Shown: positions 16,685 through 26,820, numbered from the stretch's first letter. The stretch: 64,000 nt of DNA from an uncultured Candidatus Saccharibacteria bacterium (GCA_964473815.1 CAYYQK010000004.1:68493-132492), one strand, 5' to 3'. Notes: generated by a model from the sequence alone, not told the origin. Program-made: numbers and translations.

Positions 16685-19012
16685 ATGCCCAAGCAACTTA
16701 TTATAGTAGAGTCGCCGACTAAGGCGAAAACAATTTCCAGATTTTTAGGGCCTGACTATGAAGTCGAGGCCAGTTTTGGTCATGTCCGCGATTTACCAAA
16801 AAGTAAGTTGTCGATCGATGTGGATCATAATTTTGAACCAGTTTACACGATCCCCCCAAAAGCTAAAGAGGTCATAACTAAGCTCAAAAAAATGGCTAAG
16901 TCAGCCTCCTCTATTATATTAGCAACTGATGAGGACCGCGAAGGTGAAGCTATCTCCTGGCACTTAGTGCAGGCTTTGGGTTTGGGTAAAGAAGCCGACA
17001 TTGCTAAAGGCAATGAAGATAAACGCATCAAGCGCATTGTTTTCCACGAAATTACTAAGGGTGCGATTGAGCATGCGTTAGAAAACCCTCGCGATATTGA
17101 TTTAAATTTAGTGGATGCTCAGCAAGCCCGCCGTGTTTTGGATCGCTTAGTTGGTTATGAACTCTCCCCTTTCCTTTGGCGCAAGATTCGCTATGGCCTA
17201 AGTGCTGGTCGCGTGCAATCTGTTGCTGTGCGTTTGGTTGTTGAACGCGAACGTGAAATTCAAAAATTCAAAGCTGAAGAATATTGGACAATCGAATCGC
17301 AACTTTCCAAAAAAGACAATGGAAAAGTTATCTTCACTGCGAAGCTTGCCAAAGTTGATGACAAGGCCGTTGGCAAAATGGGTATTTCTTCTGAGAAGCA
17401 GGCCAAAGAAATTACTACAGACCTTGAAGGTAGTGATTACAAAGTTATCGACATTACAAAAAAAGAAGTTAAGCGTAATCCATCCCCTCCATTTACAACT
17501 TCGACCTTGCAACAAGAAGCAGCACGCAAGCTTGGTTTTAGTGCGAAACAAACAATGGCCGTGGCGCAGAATTTGTATGAAAACGGTTTTATCACTTACA
17601 TGCGTACTGATAGTTTAAACTTGGCAAAGTCGGCTTTGGAGCAGGCTCAAGAAATTATTGCTCAGGAATTTGGGAAGCAATATGGTTTAAGTCAGCCGCG
17701 TTTTTATGCGAACAAGAGCAAAGGCGCGCAAGAAGCGCACGAAGCCATTCGTCCAACTGACCTTTCGCTGCTGCCGCAGAACATGAAATCTAAAACAGAA
17801 CCACGCGCCATTAAACTTTACGATCTCATTTGGAAGCGTACTTTGGCTAGTCAAATGCAACAAGCTGTGTTCGACCAAACCGCAGTTGATATTGCTGCTG
17901 GTCCAAGCAATGCGCCAACAAAATACACTTTCCGAGCAAACGGACAAGTTGTTAAATTTGATGGATTCATCCGCGCTTACACCGAAGGTACGGACGAAGT
18001 TAGCGAAGACGAAATTGAAGGCGCGTTGCCAGAGTTAAACAACGACGAACTTTTGAGGCTGCATGAGCTTTCACCATTACAACACTTCACCGAACCGCCA
18101 GCTCGCTACACTGACGCGACACTGGTAAAAGCACTCGAAGCGCACGGGGTGGGTCGTCCTTCTACATACGCACCAACCTTAACGACAATTCAGGAACGTG
18201 GTTATGTTACCAAAGAAGACAAAAAGTACGCCCCAACCGACGAAGGTTTCTTGACCACAGACATGTTGGTTGAACATTTCCCAGAGATTGTGGACATTAA
18301 CTTCACTTCGAAAATTGAAGAAAACTTTGACGACATCGCAGACGGAAAATTAAAATGGGTGCCGGTTATTGCTGACTTCTATGGTCCGTTCAAAACTCAC
18401 TTAAAAGAGAAAGAAAAGGAAGTTGAAAAGCAAATCGAAGTTTCCGACACACCTTGCCCACACTGCGGCAAACCAATGCTAATTAAGTACGGCCGCATGG
18501 GTAAATTCTTAGCCTGCCCTGAAGAAGGCAGCAAAGTCACTCAACCAATGCCAGAAGAGGCCGCGCAAATCCGCGCGTTGGAAGAAAAAACTAAGGGCGA
18601 AATGTGCCCGATTTGCGGGAAGCAAATGAATGTGCGGCGCGGCCGCTTTGGATTCTTCCTTGGCTGTGCAGACTATCCAAAGTGCAAAGGCATTTCCAAA
18701 ATTTGGAACAAAACTGGATTTAAATGTCCACTATGTTTGGAAAGTGAAGACCGCCGCGAAAAACCAGGCGATGTTGTCGAAAAGAAAGGCCGTGGCCGTG
18801 GCAAACCATTTTACGCTTGTACTCGTTGGCCAGACTGTACTTTAATCTTAAATGTTAAACCAGAAAGCGAAGCGCAGCTCGCTGAACTGTTCTTAGAATT
18901 CAAAACTAAACCTAAAGACGGCAAGAAAAAATCTGCCGGCCGAGGCGCGCGCAAAGTTGCCCGCAAAACAGCACGCAAAGCTACGAAGAAATCAACCGCA
19001 ACAGAAGAATAA
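16685..19012 (+). CDS. topA: DNA topoisomerase I with C-terminal zinc-ribbon repeats and a Lys-rich tail
   Basis: TOPRIM (IIVESPTKAKTIS), active-site region, multiple C4 zinc ribbons (CPHCGKPM…CPICGK…CPLC…), KKSAGRGARKVARK tail. TATAAT lies 5 nt before the ATG. Confidence 0.9.
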   Translation: MPKQLIIVESPTKAKTISRFLGPDYEVEASFGHVRDLPKSKLSIDVDHNFEPVYTIPPKAKEVITKLKKMAKSASSIILATDEDREGEAISWHLVQALGLGKEADIAKGNEDKRIKRIVFHEITKGAIEHALENPRDIDLNLVDAQQARRVLDRLVGYELSPFLWRKIRYGLSAGRVQSVAVRLVVEREREIQKFKAEEYWTIESQLSKKDNGKVIFTAKLAKVDDKAVGKMGISSEKQAKEITTDLEGSDYKVIDITKKEVKRNPSPPFTTSTLQQEAARKLGFSAKQTMAVAQNLYENGFITYMRTDSLNLAKSALEQAQEIIAQEFGKQYGLSQPRFYANKSKGAQEAHEAIRPTDLSLLPQNMKSKTEPRAIKLYDLIWKRTLASQMQQAVFDQTAVDIAAGPSNAPTKYTFRANGQVVKFDGFIRAYTEGTDEVSEDEIEGALPELNNDELLRLHELSPLQHFTEPPARYTDATLVKALEAHGVGRPSTYAPTLTTIQERGYVTKEDKKYAPTDEGFLTTDMLVEHFPEIVDINFTSKIEENFDDIADGKLKWVPVIADFYGPFKTHLKEKEKEVEKQIEVSDTPCPHCGKPMLIKYGRMGKFLACPEEGSKVTQPMPEEAAQIRALEEKTKGEMCPICGKQMNVRRGRFGFFLGCADYPKCKGISKIWNKTGFKCPLCLESEDRREKPGDVVEKKGRGRGKPFYACTRWPDCTLILNVKPESEAQLAELFLEFKTKPKDGKKKSAGRGARKVARKTARKATKKSTATEE

Positions 19013-19953
19013 TGAACCAAATACAGAAATATTATTTTCTTGGATTAGCAGCAATTGTCATAGCTCTTACTGCTGGTTTTGGTTTGAATCACTTTCTTAA
19101 GAAAAACCAGATTGAAATCCATTCCAACCGCAAAAGCGCTGAAGCAAAAACTCCTGACAATAACAACATCAAACAACAGGAACAAACTCCCCCGGCCAAC
19201 GAAGTCACTGAAGTAGTGCCAAAAGAAACTGTTCAAAGCTTAATCGCGAGCGGCAAAGCGCTACATATTCCAATTTTGATGTATCATCATGTTGGAGTCG
19301 CCCCTGAAAATGCAGACGCCACACACAAAGGCCTCACAGTTAGCCCAGAAGAATTTACGGCGCAAGTGCAGTGGTTAAAAAATAACGGTTACACAGCAAT
19401 TAGTTTTGAAGATCTCTACAAACATCTCACTAAGCAGTCGCTTGCCTGGCCAAGCAAGCCTGTAATCTTTACCTTTGACGATGGTTACGCCGACGTATTT
19501 CAAAACGCCATTCCAATTTTAGATAAATATGGGTACAAGGGCACATTCGCAATCATCACTTCTTTTCCTGGTCAAACCCAGGGTGATAATGTATATGCAA
19601 CCAGGGAAGACATTATGGCTGCCAGTAAAAATAGAGAAGAAATTGTTTGTCATTCTCGGAATCATTTTGATGCATTCAGTCCCAAATTTGACGACGCATA
19701 TATGTTGCAAAACTTTTCCGGTTGCCAGCAAGATATCCATGCGTTTATCGGCACCTCACTTCCCTACTTAGTCTACCCATATGGACATTTTACAGATGTC
19801 GAAGTGGAGCAAGCCAAAAAAGCCGGCTTTGTGATGGCCTTTACGACGCGCGAGAGCAGCTACTTAAACACAGAAGACCTGATGCACGTGCCGCGCGTAC
19901 GCGTAAACCCAAATGAAAGCATTGAAAAATTTGCTGAGAAGCTCAAGGAATAA
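19012..19953 (+). CDS. polysaccharide deacetylase (NodB homology) family protein, secreted/membrane-anchored
   Basis: N-terminal TM, then FTFDDGYADVFQNAIPILDKYGYKGTFAI NodB motif. Its start overlaps the topA stop. Confidence 0.7.
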   Translation: MNQIQKYYFLGLAAIVIALTAGFGLNHFLKKNQIEIHSNRKSAEAKTPDNNNIKQQEQTPPANEVTEVVPKETVQSLIASGKALHIPILMYHHVGVAPENADATHKGLTVSPEEFTAQVQWLKNNGYTAISFEDLYKHLTKQSLAWPSKPVIFTFDDGYADVFQNAIPILDKYGYKGTFAIITSFPGQTQGDNVYATREDIMAASKNREEIVCHSRNHFDAFSPKFDDAYMLQNFSGCQQDIHAFIGTSLPYLVYPYGHFTDVEVEQAKKAGFVMAFTTRESSYLNTEDLMHVPRVRVNPNESIEKFAEKLKE

Positions 19954-20028
19954 TTTCATAACTCTAGTGTATAATATATCTGAAAGGTCGAGTTAAATCC
20001 GGAATTATCTAATTTTCAAAAATTTACT

Positions 20029-20466
20029 ATGACTCAAAAAATTATCACTTTTTTGGTATCTGCTGTCATGATTGGATCTATTGCGACACCAGCTCTAGCG
20101 ACTACCCAAACTTCACACGTAACCAATCCTAATCTAAACACAGCTTGTATCGGTACAGCGGTTACTGCAAGAGAAACTGCTATCAGCGCGGCTTATACCA
20201 CTTACAGCAAAGCCATTGCTGATGCTTACAAGGCTCGCGGTACTGCCCTTACCAGTGCTTGGTCATTGACCAACTGGCAGGAAATTAACAATGCAGTGAA
20301 AGCAGCATGGAAAGCTTTCAAAACCAGCAGTAAGACTGCCACAAAAAACTGGCAAACTGGCCGCCGCACAGCTTGGACGCAATTCAATAAAGACCTTCAA
20401 GGCTGCCATGCCTCATCAAGTGTACAAAACTCCGAATCTGTTAATGATGAGCCGGTCGGGCAATAA
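20029..20466 (+). CDS. hypothetical secreted protein
   Basis: Signal peptide MTQKIITFLVSAVMIGSIATPALA. Extended -10 TGTATAAT at 19968-19975. Confidence 0.5.
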   Translation: MTQKIITFLVSAVMIGSIATPALATTQTSHVTNPNLNTACIGTAVTARETAISAAYTTYSKAIADAYKARGTALTSAWSLTNWQEINNAVKAAWKAFKTSSKTATKNWQTGRRTAWTQFNKDLQGCHASSSVQNSESVNDEPVGQ

Positions 20467-20473
20467 CCTATAT

Positions 20474-20516
20474 TCAAAAAAAATCGCCACTCTTCACTGA
20501 GCGGCGATTTTTTATT
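20474..20516. terminator. bidirectional intrinsic terminator
   Basis: aaatcgccactc…gagcggcgattt hairpin between A8 and T6 tracts; convergent genes on both sides. Confidence 0.6.
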
Positions 20517-20518
20517 TT

Positions 20519-21133
20519 TTATAAAGGACAAACTTCTGTGCAAGGCGTTGGTGAGAATAAAGTTCCCAAATCCCCTTCCAACCTGTATCCAGAATTTAAT
20601 AACGTTTGCATTTCATAAGTACTAGTAGTGTAGAAGTGTTTATTTTGCGAAAAATTATACAGTCTATACAAAGTGTATTCTGGTCTCACTCTTAAAGCAG
20701 GATTAGCAGCGTCACCATTTGTTGTTGTTGAAGGTGGCGTATCCACCTGTATGTATCCCATGATTCCTTCCAACACAAAACCAGCATGTTGTTGTACATA
20801 CTGTGCTTCGGAATTATCAGTAGTGTAGAAATGTTTTTGGCCTTTTGGATCCCACATTCGAATTACACTTTTAGTTCCGTTTTGTTGTGATGATTCTAAA
20901 TACCCTAAAACTCCCTCTAAGATGTAACCGGACTTTTCCGCGCTTACAGTCTCTGCATAACTAGTAGTATAAAAATGATCATTAATTTTCTGATTATACA
21001 TTCGGTAAAAAACTAACTGCGAAGGGCTTGAAGGATCAGCTACAACAACAGCCTGGGCAGTTGAGGCAAAAGTTGGTGTCATTAAAGTGACTAGTGAGGC
21101 AATAGTAATTAATATCGATTTTATATTTCGCAT
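20519..21133 (-). CDS. secreted protein with three ~40-aa HFYTT repeats (DUF5648-like)
   Basis: Signal peptide, then three repeats: YRMYNQKINDHFYTTSYAE…GYILEGVLGY, IRMWDPKGQKHFYTTDNSE…GFVLEGIMGY, YRLYNFSQNKHFYTTSTYE…GYRLEGDLG. Confidence 0.55.
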   Translation of the reverse strand: MRNIKSILITIASLVTLMTPTFASTAQAVVVADPSSPSQLVFYRMYNQKINDHFYTTSYAETVSAEKSGYILEGVLGYLESSQQNGTKSVIRMWDPKGQKHFYTTDNSEAQYVQQHAGFVLEGIMGYIQVDTPPSTTTNGDAANPALRVRPEYTLYRLYNFSQNKHFYTTSTYEMQTLLNSGYRLEGDLGTLFSPTPCTEVCPL

Positions 21134-21206
21134 AGTTGTGGCTTAATGGTTAGTAATTAAGACGCCATTTAGTGATGGTTGTTACATTAATCCTACCACG
21201 CAGGAC

Positions 21207-21235
21207 TTGAAAAAATCTACCAAATACGCTAGAAT
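21207..21235 (+). promoter_or_regulatory. sigma70-like promoter for tRNA-Lys (TTGAAA-17-TAGAAT)
   Basis: cTTGAAAaaatctaccaaatacgcTAGAAT, about 40 nt upstream of the tRNA 5' end. Confidence 0.55.
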
Positions 21236-21276
21236 GCCATAGTATTTACCACTGATTCAGTTTTGAATTACCGTTT

Positions 21277-21352
21277 GGGTCGGTAGCTCAGTTGGTAGAG
21301 CAGTGGCCTTTTAAGCCATTTGTCGCGGGTTCGAGCCCCGCCCGACCCACCA
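21277..21352 (+). tRNA. tRNA-Lys (anticodon UUU), CCA encoded
   Basis: gggtcgg acceptor stem, D-loop agctcagttggtagagc, anticodon loop cuUUUaa, T-arm ggttcgagccc, 3' end …ccgaccc-a-cca (76 nt). Confidence 0.9.
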
Positions 21353-21365
21353 TTAGCGAATCGTT

Positions 21366-21391
21366 TAAACCGCCGCGTGGCGGTTTTTTTA
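21366..21391 (+). terminator. intrinsic terminator after tRNA-Lys
   Basis: accgccgcgtggcggt + T7. Confidence 0.8.
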
Positions 21392-21430
21392 TCTAAACTT
21401 TAGAAAAACTTTATGTGGAATTGAGGTAGT
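21385..21430 (+). repeat. copy 2 of the A-tract-phased repeat element
   Basis: cggtttttttatctaaactttagaaaaactttatgtggaattgagg; 44/50 identical to the minus-strand copy at 196..250. Confidence 0.7.
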
Positions 21431-21440
21431 GTATGTTATG

Positions 21441-21470
21441 TTGACAAAGCGTCCTAGTGAGCGTTAAAAT
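21441..21470 (+). promoter_or_regulatory. sigma70-like promoter (TTGACA-18-TAAAAT) for the 21492 gene
   Basis: TTGACAaagcgtcctagtgagcgtTAAAAT. Confidence 0.5.
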
Positions 21471-21491
21471 AATTAAACGAAAGGCAAAAGT

Positions 21492-21734
21492 ATGGACAAA
21501 GACCTCAAACAACATCTTGAAAAGATGGAAAAATCAATTGTGAACAAAGTCGAAATAAAAATCGACAGTGCAGTAGATCAACTTGCCCAAATAATTGCCG
21601 AAACAGTCGCCAATCCTCTTCAAAAACACATGGAAGAAACCCGCGATCATGCCAGCATTAGGCAAGATGTCGCATTATTGAAGCACGACATGAGCATCGT
21701 CAAGAAAAAGCTCAATATTCCTGCAACAACATAA
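21492..21734 (+). CDS. hypothetical small coiled-coil protein
   Basis: MDKDLKQHLEKMEK…; N- and C-terminal resemblance to the 48837..49178 protein; followed by a terminator. Confidence 0.45.
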   Translation: MDKDLKQHLEKMEKSIVNKVEIKIDSAVDQLAQIIAETVANPLQKHMEETRDHASIRQDVALLKHDMSIVKKKLNIPATT

Positions 21735-21744
21735 TTTAAAATTT

Positions 21745-21770
21745 AAACCGCGCATCAGTGCGGTTTTGTG
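21745..21770 (+). terminator. intrinsic terminator
   Basis: accgcgcatcagtgcggt + TTTTGTG. Confidence 0.55.
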
Positions 21771-21783
21771 ATAATATAAACTT

Positions 21784-22707
21784 ATGATTTTAGAAACTTT
21801 TGATCAATTTCTAGATTACGAATTACTCGACACTGGTGATGGTGCGCGTTTGGAGCAATGGGGTTCGGTTCGATTAAAGCGACCTGATCCACAAATAATT
21901 TGGCAGCAAAGTTTATCTGGCCGCGAATGGTCTTTGGCGAACGCAGAGTTTATTGGTAGCAGTGAGCGCGGTAAATGGTCACGGAAGTCTTCGGTCCCAG
22001 AAAAATGGGATGTTTATTTTCGACCAGATATAAAACTCGTTGCAAAATTAACGCCGTTCAAACACACTGGAATTTTTGCAGAACAAGCAGCCAATTGGGA
22101 ATGGATGATGAATTTAGTCGGTCAGGCTAATGCTTCCGCTTCAGGGCCGCTGAAAATTTTAAATTTGTTTGCTTACACGGGCGGCGCAACTATGGTGCTT
22201 ACCCGCCTTGGACATTTTGTTACTCATGTTGATGCCAGCAAGCCTGCTATAGCATGGGCAAAAGAAAATCAGGCAGCGAACAAGTTTGAGCCTGATTCTA
22301 TCCGCTGGATTTTAGATGATGCTGCAAAATTTGTAACACGCGAACTTAACCGCGGGGAAACTTACGATGGCATAATCATGGATCCACCAGCATTCGGCCA
22401 CTCCCCTTCTGGCAAGACTTGGAAATTCAACCGCGACCTGCCTGAACTTTTGAAACAAAGTGTAGCGCTACTTTCTGAAAATGCAAAATTTTTACTGATT
22501 AATGGCTACGCAACCAATTCTTCCTCCCTCGCACTTGGTAATGTTTTAGAAGATGCCATGACAACGCGCACAGATTTAAAAGGCCAGATCGAATTTGGCG
22601 AACTGTGCTTAAAACATAAATTTGGACAAAAAAAATTGCCCGTTTCTGAAGAACCGGGCAGTCGAAAGATATCGACAGGGATTTTCGCACGTTGGAAAGC
22701 AGAGTGA
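21784..22707 (+). CDS. class I SAM-dependent (likely rRNA) methyltransferase, RlmI/YccW-like
   Basis: LNLFAYTGGATMVL (SAM-binding motif I), DVDASKPAIAWAKEN, IIMDPPAFGHS (motif IV DPP). Confidence 0.6.
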   Translation: MILETFDQFLDYELLDTGDGARLEQWGSVRLKRPDPQIIWQQSLSGREWSLANAEFIGSSERGKWSRKSSVPEKWDVYFRPDIKLVAKLTPFKHTGIFAEQAANWEWMMNLVGQANASASGPLKILNLFAYTGGATMVLTRLGHFVTHVDASKPAIAWAKENQAANKFEPDSIRWILDDAAKFVTRELNRGETYDGIIMDPPAFGHSPSGKTWKFNRDLPELLKQSVALLSENAKFLLINGYATNSSSLALGNVLEDAMTTRTDLKGQIEFGELCLKHKFGQKKLPVSEEPGSRKISTGIFARWKAE

Positions 22708-22708
22708 A

Positions 22709-23209
22709 CTACAACTGTTCCTCAGCCTTTTCATCCAACATCAATGCTTGAGGCGGCTTGACGAAGTTCTTGACCTTTTTCAACAATTCTTCGGGTACGG
22801 GTTCTCCGGGCATGAATGAAAAGAGATCCTTATAGCCGCTAGCGTGTATTGTTATTACAACAGGAGTGCTAGTTAAATTGACGAGCAATTTACAAGCTAA
22901 GTTAGGGTCGCCGCCGATCGTTTGATCCAATAAAGATATGTTGTATACCTGGTTCTGAGCCTCAACTCCTACAAAGGAAAGATAAGGAGACCAGCTGGTA
23001 AAACCTTCTTCATTGGTATTGACGTCGATGGTCTTAACCTTAAACGTGCAGTATAGACAAACTGCTTGTAGAATCTCATCAAATATTACTTTTGATTGAA
23101 GAGATTTAATTCTCTGCTGATATGTCGCAATCTTAGAATTGCGAACTAAATACATTGAACCAGCGCCGATCACCAGCCCTACCAACCAAACTACCACATA
23201 ACCAACCAT
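22709..23209 (-). CDS. hypothetical membrane-anchored protein
   Basis: N-terminal TM (VVVWLVGLVIGAGSMYLV). SD GGAGGAAAAACT-ATG. Confidence 0.45.
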   Translation of the reverse strand: MVGYVVVWLVGLVIGAGSMYLVRNSKIATYQQRIKSLQSKVIFDEILQAVCLYCTFKVKTIDVNTNEEGFTSWSPYLSFVGVEAQNQVYNISLLDQTIGGDPNLACKLLVNLTSTPVVITIHASGYKDLFSFMPGEPVPEELLKKVKNFVKPPQALMLDEKAEEQL

Positions 23210-23290
23210 AGTTTTTCCTCCAATTTAATATCGAGATTTTGGCACACAAGCTGTAAAAAGCTTGCGCGCTTTTATCTAGATACTAAAATT

Positions 23291-26200
23291 TTATATCGAC
23301 AATTCCTGTTGTGGGTTTCGAACTTTCTTACGACGAGTTAACCAACTATACAAAACCGGTGTGGTGAACAAAGACAAAATACCTGAACTTAAAATACCGA
23401 AGATTACTACCAAAGACAAGCCACGCCAGAAAGGTGAGAATACAGCCAATGGCAACAACCCAGCCAAGGCTGTAACCTTGGTCAAAATAATTGGACGGAA
23501 CCGAATACCAGACGCAATGGCAATGGCTTCTTTTTTATCCATGCCTTGTTTTACTTTGCGGTTCGCATAGTCAATTAAGAAGATACCCACATTTTCAGCA
23601 ATACCGATTACCATCAAAATACCGATTGTTTCCAAGAAACCAAACTGGCCGCCAGCAAAGAACGCTAATGCAGGAAATACGCCAATCAAAATTAACGGAA
23701 CTGCGAATAAAATAATTAACGGTTGCACAAACGACTTAAAGAAGATTACAAACACAACGTAAGTCGCAATCAAGGATAGCAAAATCGCAAGGAACAATTC
23801 TTGGAATGATTTTTCAAATTCATTTACACCAACACGGTCATCAAAAGCGTGGTCAGATACACCCAAATCGCCAGTATGTGATTTAGCCCAATCAGTAATT
23901 TTACGTTGTACATTAATCGCATCGCGGCTGTCTTTAACGCGCGCGCTCACCTGCTGGTAACGCTCGCCTTCCGCACGACGAATTGATGAAGGCACAATAG
24001 AATCATTTACATCTGCAATATCTCCAAGCTTAACACCGCCACGAGGACCGTAAACTGTCAGAGCGCGCAAAGCATCAACACTGCTTGGTTTTGTATCTGC
24101 AGGCAAACGCACCACGGCATCAAGTTCACCTACACGGAACAAAGTTTTCTCACCAAGCAAACCATTGACCTGACCATAAACTGCTGCCGGGCTTAACCCA
24201 AATTCCGCTAATTTGTCCTGATGCACAGAAACCAGCAATTCGTTATTACTAATATCGTTATCAGTTAGGACACCTGCGACCTCGCTATAAGAACGCAATT
24301 GGTCGGCAATTTTTTGGCTGGCTACTTTTAATTTTTCTGGGTCATTTTCAAAAATTTTAACTATAACTGGATAGGCTTCTTCCGGTGGGCCAGCACCAAA
24401 TTCTGTTGCCAGTGCACGGTCGCCATACTTTGCCTGAATTTCATCTTGTAATTTCTTTGCAATTTCAGAGCTCTTCACATCACGCTGATCAGTTGGCTTC
24501 AAAGAAATGAACACAGTCAAAGAATCTTGACTGCCTTGACCATTCAGATCCTGATAAAAGAAATTCTTTAACTGATCTACATGATTCTTCAAAATATCTT
24601 CAACATCTTTAGTTTGGGCAGCAAGTTGATCAGGAGTTTGGTTAGCAGGGCGCGGTACAGAAATTTGCAAGTACTCTACATCATTAGGTTTGGCAAATTG
24701 TACTTGGCGAACTTTTCCACTTGTAAACAACGAAGCAGAAATGGCAATCGGAACTGCGAGACCCAAAACAATTACCACGACCTGCAACCAAGTGTGTTTT
24801 AAAATATAACGATTAGTGCGAATAAACCAGCGCGCTACTCCCCACAAAGTGTGAATATCATCTTCGTCGTGGAGATGCTCAGTTGGTTTGGCTTTCAACA
24901 ACTTAGCAGCTAGCCACGTCAAAAAGATGAACGGCACAAAGTATGACGCCACTAATGCTGGGAATACGGTGATTGGAATATATTTGATAATTTCGCCAAA
25001 CGTTCCTGAAACAACACTAAAAGGAATGAATACGATTAATGAGGTTAGAACAGCGACAAATAAACCTAAGCCGATTACATCTATGGAACGAAGTACAGCG
25101 TTTTGGCCTTTGAAGCCAATTTCCATATAACGCTTAATCGACTCAAGCACAACGATGGCTGGATCCACAATCAATCCCAAAACTAAAATGAATGAGAATA
25201 ACACCAATGTGTTCAGTTGTACCCCGGCAATCTTTAAGTAGATAAATGTGAATAGCAATGACAACGGAATAGACACGGCGGAAATTAAAGCGCTGCGCCA
25301 GTCTAAGAATAGCAACATTCCAATAATCAACAGCCAAATACTGCCGAAAACAAAGCCTAATACGCCAATTGGATTATCTCCCCATTTTTCACCTACGGCG
25401 GCGCCAATAATTTCATCTACTTGTCGCTGTGACTCCTTTGCCTGGTCAAACACAAGTGCGTAACTAACATTGCTATTTTCTGCCTTTGTATCATTAACAA
25501 CTTTTTCTACATCTTTTCCAACTTTTAAGATGTCAGCATTGCTATCAACTTTAATTTGATACAACACTGCTGGTTGAATTTTAAATTTGTTTTGCGATTC
25601 GTCTAAGTATCCAACGCGGTTTACTTTTCCTGCGTCGTCATAGCCTAAATAGACATTTGCAATAGTTGAAAGTTTTACAGTTTGACCTCCATTTGGCGCA
25701 GTCAAAGGCAAGACAATATTAATATTACGGATGTCTTCCAACGACTTTACTGGTGCTTCTCCGGAGATAGGAATTTTTTTGCCATCAATAACACTGTCAC
25801 CTAAAGGAAAGCCAACATCGGCAGCGGTAATCTGCGCGATAATTTCCGGATACTGATACTGTGGCGGTAAATCAATGTACAATTTATTCTTAATACCACT
25901 GATATCTTCGAAACTTTTTACACCTTTCACTTCTAAAACTTTGTCATGCAAAGTCTGAGCCTGTTCTTTTAAATCTAAAACAGAAAGTGGTCCGGTCACA
26001 GCTACGAAAAATGGTGCACCGCCAGTTTCCGGAACAATAACATCGGGTTCTTTAACTCCTTCCGGTAAAGTTACTGAGGCAAGTTTAGTTCGCGCATCTT
26101 GTACTGCTGTGTTTGTATCAACTCCTTCATTAAAAGTCAGTAGCACAACAGAAACATTAGCTTGCGAAGTAGAGGTAATTTCTTTAATGCCTTTTAAATC

Positions 26201-26449
26201 ACGCAGGGCATTTTCTTCTGGAACGGTCACGGTATCATTTACAGTTTCTGGTCCTGCTCCAGGAACTACAGTGGTAACAATAGCGATAGGAACTTTAACT
26301 TCGGGAAAACCTTCCACATGTAAATACCAGAAACTACCGGCTCCCACGACAACAATAATTGCCAACAGAAGTGCTGTAAGCTGTTTTTGTTCTAAGAAGA
26401 ACTTTACAATACGTGCATTTAAGCCAAATTTCGGTTGATTGGAATCCAT
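23291..26449 (-). CDS. RND-superfamily efflux permease (AcrB/MMPL-like)
   Basis: 1052 aa with 12-TM topology and two large loops. LVLGLIVDPAIVVLESIKR matches the AcrB TM4 region. N-terminus typical of RND pumps. Confidence 0.8.
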   Translation of the reverse strand: MDSNQPKFGLNARIVKFFLEQKQLTALLLAIIVVVGAGSFWYLHVEGFPEVKVPIAIVTTVVPGAGPETVNDTVTVPEENALRDLKGIKEITSTSQANVSVVLLTFNEGVDTNTAVQDARTKLASVTLPEGVKEPDVIVPETGGAPFFVAVTGPLSVLDLKEQAQTLHDKVLEVKGVKSFEDISGIKNKLYIDLPPQYQYPEIIAQITAADVGFPLGDSVIDGKKIPISGEAPVKSLEDIRNINIVLPLTAPNGGQTVKLSTIANVYLGYDDAGKVNRVGYLDESQNKFKIQPAVLYQIKVDSNADILKVGKDVEKVVNDTKAENSNVSYALVFDQAKESQRQVDEIIGAAVGEKWGDNPIGVLGFVFGSIWLLIIGMLLFLDWRSALISAVSIPLSLLFTFIYLKIAGVQLNTLVLFSFILVLGLIVDPAIVVLESIKRYMEIGFKGQNAVLRSIDVIGLGLFVAVLTSLIVFIPFSVVSGTFGEIIKYIPITVFPALVASYFVPFIFLTWLAAKLLKAKPTEHLHDEDDIHTLWGVARWFIRTNRYILKHTWLQVVVIVLGLAVPIAISASLFTSGKVRQVQFAKPNDVEYLQISVPRPANQTPDQLAAQTKDVEDILKNHVDQLKNFFYQDLNGQGSQDSLTVFISLKPTDQRDVKSSEIAKKLQDEIQAKYGDRALATEFGAGPPEEAYPVIVKIFENDPEKLKVASQKIADQLRSYSEVAGVLTDNDISNNELLVSVHQDKLAEFGLSPAAVYGQVNGLLGEKTLFRVGELDAVVRLPADTKPSSVDALRALTVYGPRGGVKLGDIADVNDSIVPSSIRRAEGERYQQVSARVKDSRDAINVQRKITDWAKSHTGDLGVSDHAFDDRVGVNEFEKSFQELFLAILLSLIATYVVFVIFFKSFVQPLIILFAVPLILIGVFPALAFFAGGQFGFLETIGILMVIGIAENVGIFLIDYANRKVKQGMDKKEAIAIASGIRFRPIILTKVTALAGLLPLAVFSPFWRGLSLVVIFGILSSGILSLFTTPVLYSWLTRRKKVRNPQQELSI

Positions 26450-26464
26450 AAAAACTTAAGATAG

Positions 26465-26505
26465 ATAATTAAAAAGACCCTTAAATATACCGAATTTAAG
26501 GGTCT
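26465..26505 (-). terminator. intrinsic terminator (perfect 12-bp stem) after the 26518 gene
   Basis: agacccttaaat-ataccga-atttaagggtct, followed on the minus strand by UUUUAAUU. Confidence 0.6.
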
Positions 26506-26517
26506 TTGTCAAGAAAT

Positions 26518-26820
26518 TTAAGCAGTCATTTTCCAACTATTAAACTCGCTCTGGCAGCTATCACGGATTTCAATTAAATCCAAAAAGGTATTCATTTGCC
26601 GCTGGGAAATAGTCCCACCACCTCTAATAATGCCAATGAGATGATCTCTATAAGCATTCACATCATTATTTTCATTCATGCAGCCGCCAAACGCGCTGGA
26701 TTTGAGAGAATAGATTTTATGACCATAAGTTCCTGCTAACGCTCCGATGATCAAAATTATAAAGCCGCCTATCACTAATTTGTTTAATGATAAATTAAAT
26801 TGCGTTGGTGAGCTTTTCAT
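26518..26820 (-). CDS. hypothetical membrane-anchored small protein
   Basis: Start placed at MKSSPTQF to avoid overlap with the upstream gene; single TM; the ORF track gives 26518..26883. Confidence 0.35.
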   Translation of the reverse strand: MKSSPTQFNLSLNKLVIGGFIILIIGALAGTYGHKIYSLKSSAFGGCMNENNDVNAYRDHLIGIIRGGGTISQRQMNTFLDLIEIRDSCQSEFNSWKMTA

